Shown in pieces: positions 61,081 through 64,000 of a DNA stretch of 64,000 nt. Under the pieces are notes generated by a model. That model ran no database searches. It was not told the DNA's origin and was given only the letters and a program-made list of their open reading frames with translations. Both the position numbers and the translations under genes were made by a program. Numbering within the stretch: position 1 is the first letter of the stretch; every line of letters starts with the position of its first letter. This stretch comes from Trypanosoma brucei. Lineage: Eukaryota. The stretch covers positions 3,904,001 through 3,968,000 of the forward strand of contig CM000208.1 in NCBI GenBank assembly GCA_000002445.1. The letters run 5' to 3'.

Positions 61081-61536
61081 TTACTTTTTGGATCATTTTT
61101 TATTTCACTTCTTATTAATTTTTTATTTTTTTATAATTCGTTAATTTTTCATTGTAAGTGATGCAGAGGCCTTTTTTGATGCGCAATCTCAAACACATTC
61201 GTACAGTATTCATCTTGGTCTTCATTTTTTTCGCATGAAGCATCAACGTGGTTTATTACGCTTTTGCTTATTTTTCTCGTGTCAATTTTACCTCTGCGTT
61301 TTGCGCTGCGCGAGGCTTCAATTTTTTAAAACGCTAGCGCGTGGCAATTTCGCTAGGAGAAACGATTTGCTATTCAGGTGCCCTAAAAATTTTTTTATTA
61401 TTTGAAACTGGCATAATATGGAGTTTGGCAGCTAAAGCCAGCCGACATAGCAGCTTGGACAGGTCGTACCTTGGCACAGCAACCCAACAAATGCGAGCGG
61501 AGCTCTCAAACAAATAGCTGAAGCAGCAGAAGGACA

Positions 61537-62036
61537 ATGCAGGTGCATCTCCATGCCCTAACAGATCCGTCGGAAGTCGTCAAAAATCTTAACGAAGAGT
61601 CCCATAATCACTACGGACATAAATACACAGCAAAAAAAAACAATCCAACAATAGAAGAACAGAATAAATGCAAACTAAAAAACACAACTGCTGAAGAATA
61701 CGCAAACGAGGACTGCGAATATAATGCTGCCAAAAACACAAGAATGCAAACCTAAACCAGGAAGAGAAAACACAGCAGCAGGAACAAGAGAGACAATTAC
61801 CGTGGTAGATTAAAATAAACACCGATCCCAGAAAGCATGTGAAGCGGAAAACAAGGATGTCAAACCTAGTTACAAAAAAGTATGTAGATGAATTGACTGT
61901 GTTGATGGTACGGGAAAGCTTCTCAAGCCCGAGTGCCGCTATTCCAGCTCTCTCATCAATAAGAAATTGGCTCTGGGTATAGCTGCTGCTTTGACGGGTT
62001 TGGCTACACTCTATAATTATAAAATTATAGTACTTT
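61537..62036 (+). pseudogene. VSG V6, C-terminal fragment
   Basis: '...NEDCEYNAAKNT', 'CEAENKDVKPSYKKVCR', '...SSLINKKLALGIAAALTGLATL' (GPI-signal-like). Confidence 0.5.
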
Positions 62037-62299
62037 AAGGATTTTTTAAATTTCATGAATTTTGTGAAACTCTTCTATGTTGAGAGGATTTGGTAAAATT
62101 TTATGAAATTTAACATATTATATCACTTTTTTAAAACCTTTGCGAAATATGAAAAATAATAAATTGTTTTCAAAAGAATACGTAATTTTTATACGAAAGC
62201 GACCTCTAGGAGCAAAGATGTAACAAAGTAAGGTAATGTGGTTTGAAAATGAGTGCTATTCTAATTTAGTTAATTTTTGTTTATTCTTCTTCATTTTAT

Positions 62300-62375
62300 A
62301 GATGTCAATGGAGACTATAATAAAGATGATAACAATAGGAGTGTATTGTGAGTGTGTCTTTACTAATATTATAGT
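62300..62375 (+). repeat. 70-bp repeat upstream of VSG V7
   Basis: 'ataaagatgataacaataggagtgtattgtgagtgtgtctttactaatattatagtaagg'. Confidence 0.65.
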
Positions 62376-63736
62376 AAGGTTAGTGGTAGAAACTAAATAG
62401 ATGAAAAATATAGAAGGGCTTCAGACAATGACAATAGTGCAATGTGAGTGGGGCAGCGGATGAGTGAGAGAGCGCGGGGAATATTTTTATGAAAGGGAAT
62501 GCAGAAAGACAAAGGGAAAAAGATGGAATATGCGAAGTTTCAAACACATTAAAGGCAATGTACATCATTGCACACAAAAGAAGGGTACGGAGATCATTAA
62601 TGAAAAAAGTAAACCTTACAAAAGTAGTTGAGTTACTTTTTTATCAGAAACTGACAAGGAATGAAGCAACAAAAACAGCTGACTAAAGATCCAGTAAAGA
62701 CCGGCGATAAAAGAATAAGAACACGCTTATATGAAATGATGAAAGATCTATATTAAGTAAAGACAATCAATACTGATACTCCACAAATTTAAGACATGTA
62801 TAAAGGCCAGACATTAAGACATCTAAAGAAACGAATAATTAACATAAGAGTTGTGACTGATGCAAAAATAATGTATCGTATTAACAAGGTGGAAGCAGTA
62901 AGGAAAGCACTTTCTTTCTCCAAAATTCCAGGTCTTAAGGAAAAGTGAACCATATCCATACTACAATATCTAAAAAAGAAGCACAACACCATCTTTGTGA
63001 GAGATAAGCAACAGCGGTATCTGGTCATTCGGAGTCATGAGGATACATTGAAACTGCTAGATGGTAGAAGACATTTAAAAACACAAATATAAAATGTCTT
63101 GGGTATACCAAAATCTGCGGTATTTTAAAGAATGACAGAAAGAAAATTCTAGTCGTGTATGAAAGAACTATATAAATGAACACAGTATGATATAGGTTGA
63201 AATTAGCAAGAGACATTAGCAAAAAACAAAATTTACGTTAAACGTTTTTAGAATTTTTAACTCTTTCTACGGTAGAACTAACTTTTTCACAAGTTAAACA
63301 CGTAAAAAACGCTACCATTTAGTGTGGTAATTTACATATTTATGTATATCTTTATGCCAATTTTTTTAATTTGCGTTTTTTTCTTTTAACACATGCTTTT
63401 CGCTTGTTTGCCGTGGTTTTCTCATTTTATTTTGTGCTCTCAATGGCCTGACAGCGATATAGAGGCCGATCCTTTGTTGAAATTTTTTTTTACTGGAGTG
63501 GCGGAATTTAACGTCGCCACAGCATAGAAAGGAAGAACACCACGACCACATAACCAAATGTTGCTTTAAAACCTAAAGATCCAGACATATGACAACGATG
63601 TGAAGTCTACGAACTATTTCCTGTAACTGACATAGGGAAGCAACCAAATAAATCGCTGCAACGCTAAGACTAGTCGCATAACTGTTTCCTCACTTACATG
63701 ATTAAAGAAGACACAAGGATTCAACCAATTTATTCT

Positions 63737-64000
63737 ATGCTAAAAGTTGCGGTATTTGTATTACCAGCGGCGGCTTCCAACACACCACGGCAGACAGCGG
63801 CAAATTCGCAAGCCGACGAAAACGCTCAAGAGTTCGCTCTGCTATGCGACACCTTTCACATAGAAACAACAGAGCCCAAACTACCGCCTGCATCAGACAC
63901 CGCGAGCACAATAGCAATTAACATAGGGGCCATAAACATGTCAATTGCAGCCAGCACTTTTAAAGCCGACATCGACCACACAAAGTATTTAAGTGAACTG
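63737..64000 (+). CDS. VSG V7, N-terminal part (runs off the window end)
   Basis: ATG 63737 gives 'MLKVAVFVLPAAASNTPRQTAANSQADENAQEFALLCDTFHIETTEPKLPPASDTASTIAINIGAINMSIAASTF...', a signal peptide plus B-type VSG N-terminus similar to V4 (IGAINMS). Confidence 0.6.
   Translation, partial: MLKVAVFVLPAAASNTPRQTAANSQADENAQEFALLCDTFHIETTEPKLPPASDTASTIAINIGAINMSIAASTFKADIDHTKYLSEL

Overview
This window looks like a Trypanosoma brucei core-to-subtelomere transition. The organism call is an inference from a receptor-type adenylate cyclase of the ESAG4/GRESAG4 family, ingi retrotransposons, 70-bp repeats and VSG C-termini ending ...SSFLVNKK + GPI signal. Left to right the window contains:
- A METTL21-like methyltransferase ORF and an intact 1254-aa GRESAG4-type adenylate cyclase (19–5896, + strand).
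- An orphan partial rDNA unit with 5.8S, ITS2 and the 5' LSU (28S-alpha-like) segment, but no detectable SSU (10467–~13075). This lies downstream of a 2.5-kb region of unknown nature with strong strand-asymmetric A+C composition.
- Two nearly identical ingi non-LTR retrotransposons in head-to-tail tandem (13203–18462 and 19415–24672), separated by ~950 bp that includes a 100-N assembly gap.
- A VSG array with a strand switch. Four minus-strand VSG (pseudo)genes lie at 26059–37859 and six plus-strand VSG (pseudo)genes or fragments at 46690–64000. Each is preceded by a 70-bp-repeat block, and the plus-strand genes are followed by the conserved 3'UTR 16-mer TGATATATTTTAACAC.
- A third, inverted ingi (41411–46677) that splits one plus-strand VSG from its 70-bp repeats.
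- An AT-rich, frameshifted beta-1,3-glycosyltransferase-like (GT31/GT67 'KADNDIF') gene between a 70-bp repeat and a VSG (57613–58715).
- An interstitial telomere tract, (TTAGGG)10 plus two ~30-bp subtelomeric-type repeats, ~215 bp downstream of a VSG (60955–61080).
No prokaryotic-style defence system is present. The most unusual items are the SSU-less rDNA fragment with the ingi tandem beside it, the internal telomere tract, the AT-rich glycosyltransferase-like gene and the ingi-disrupted VSG.
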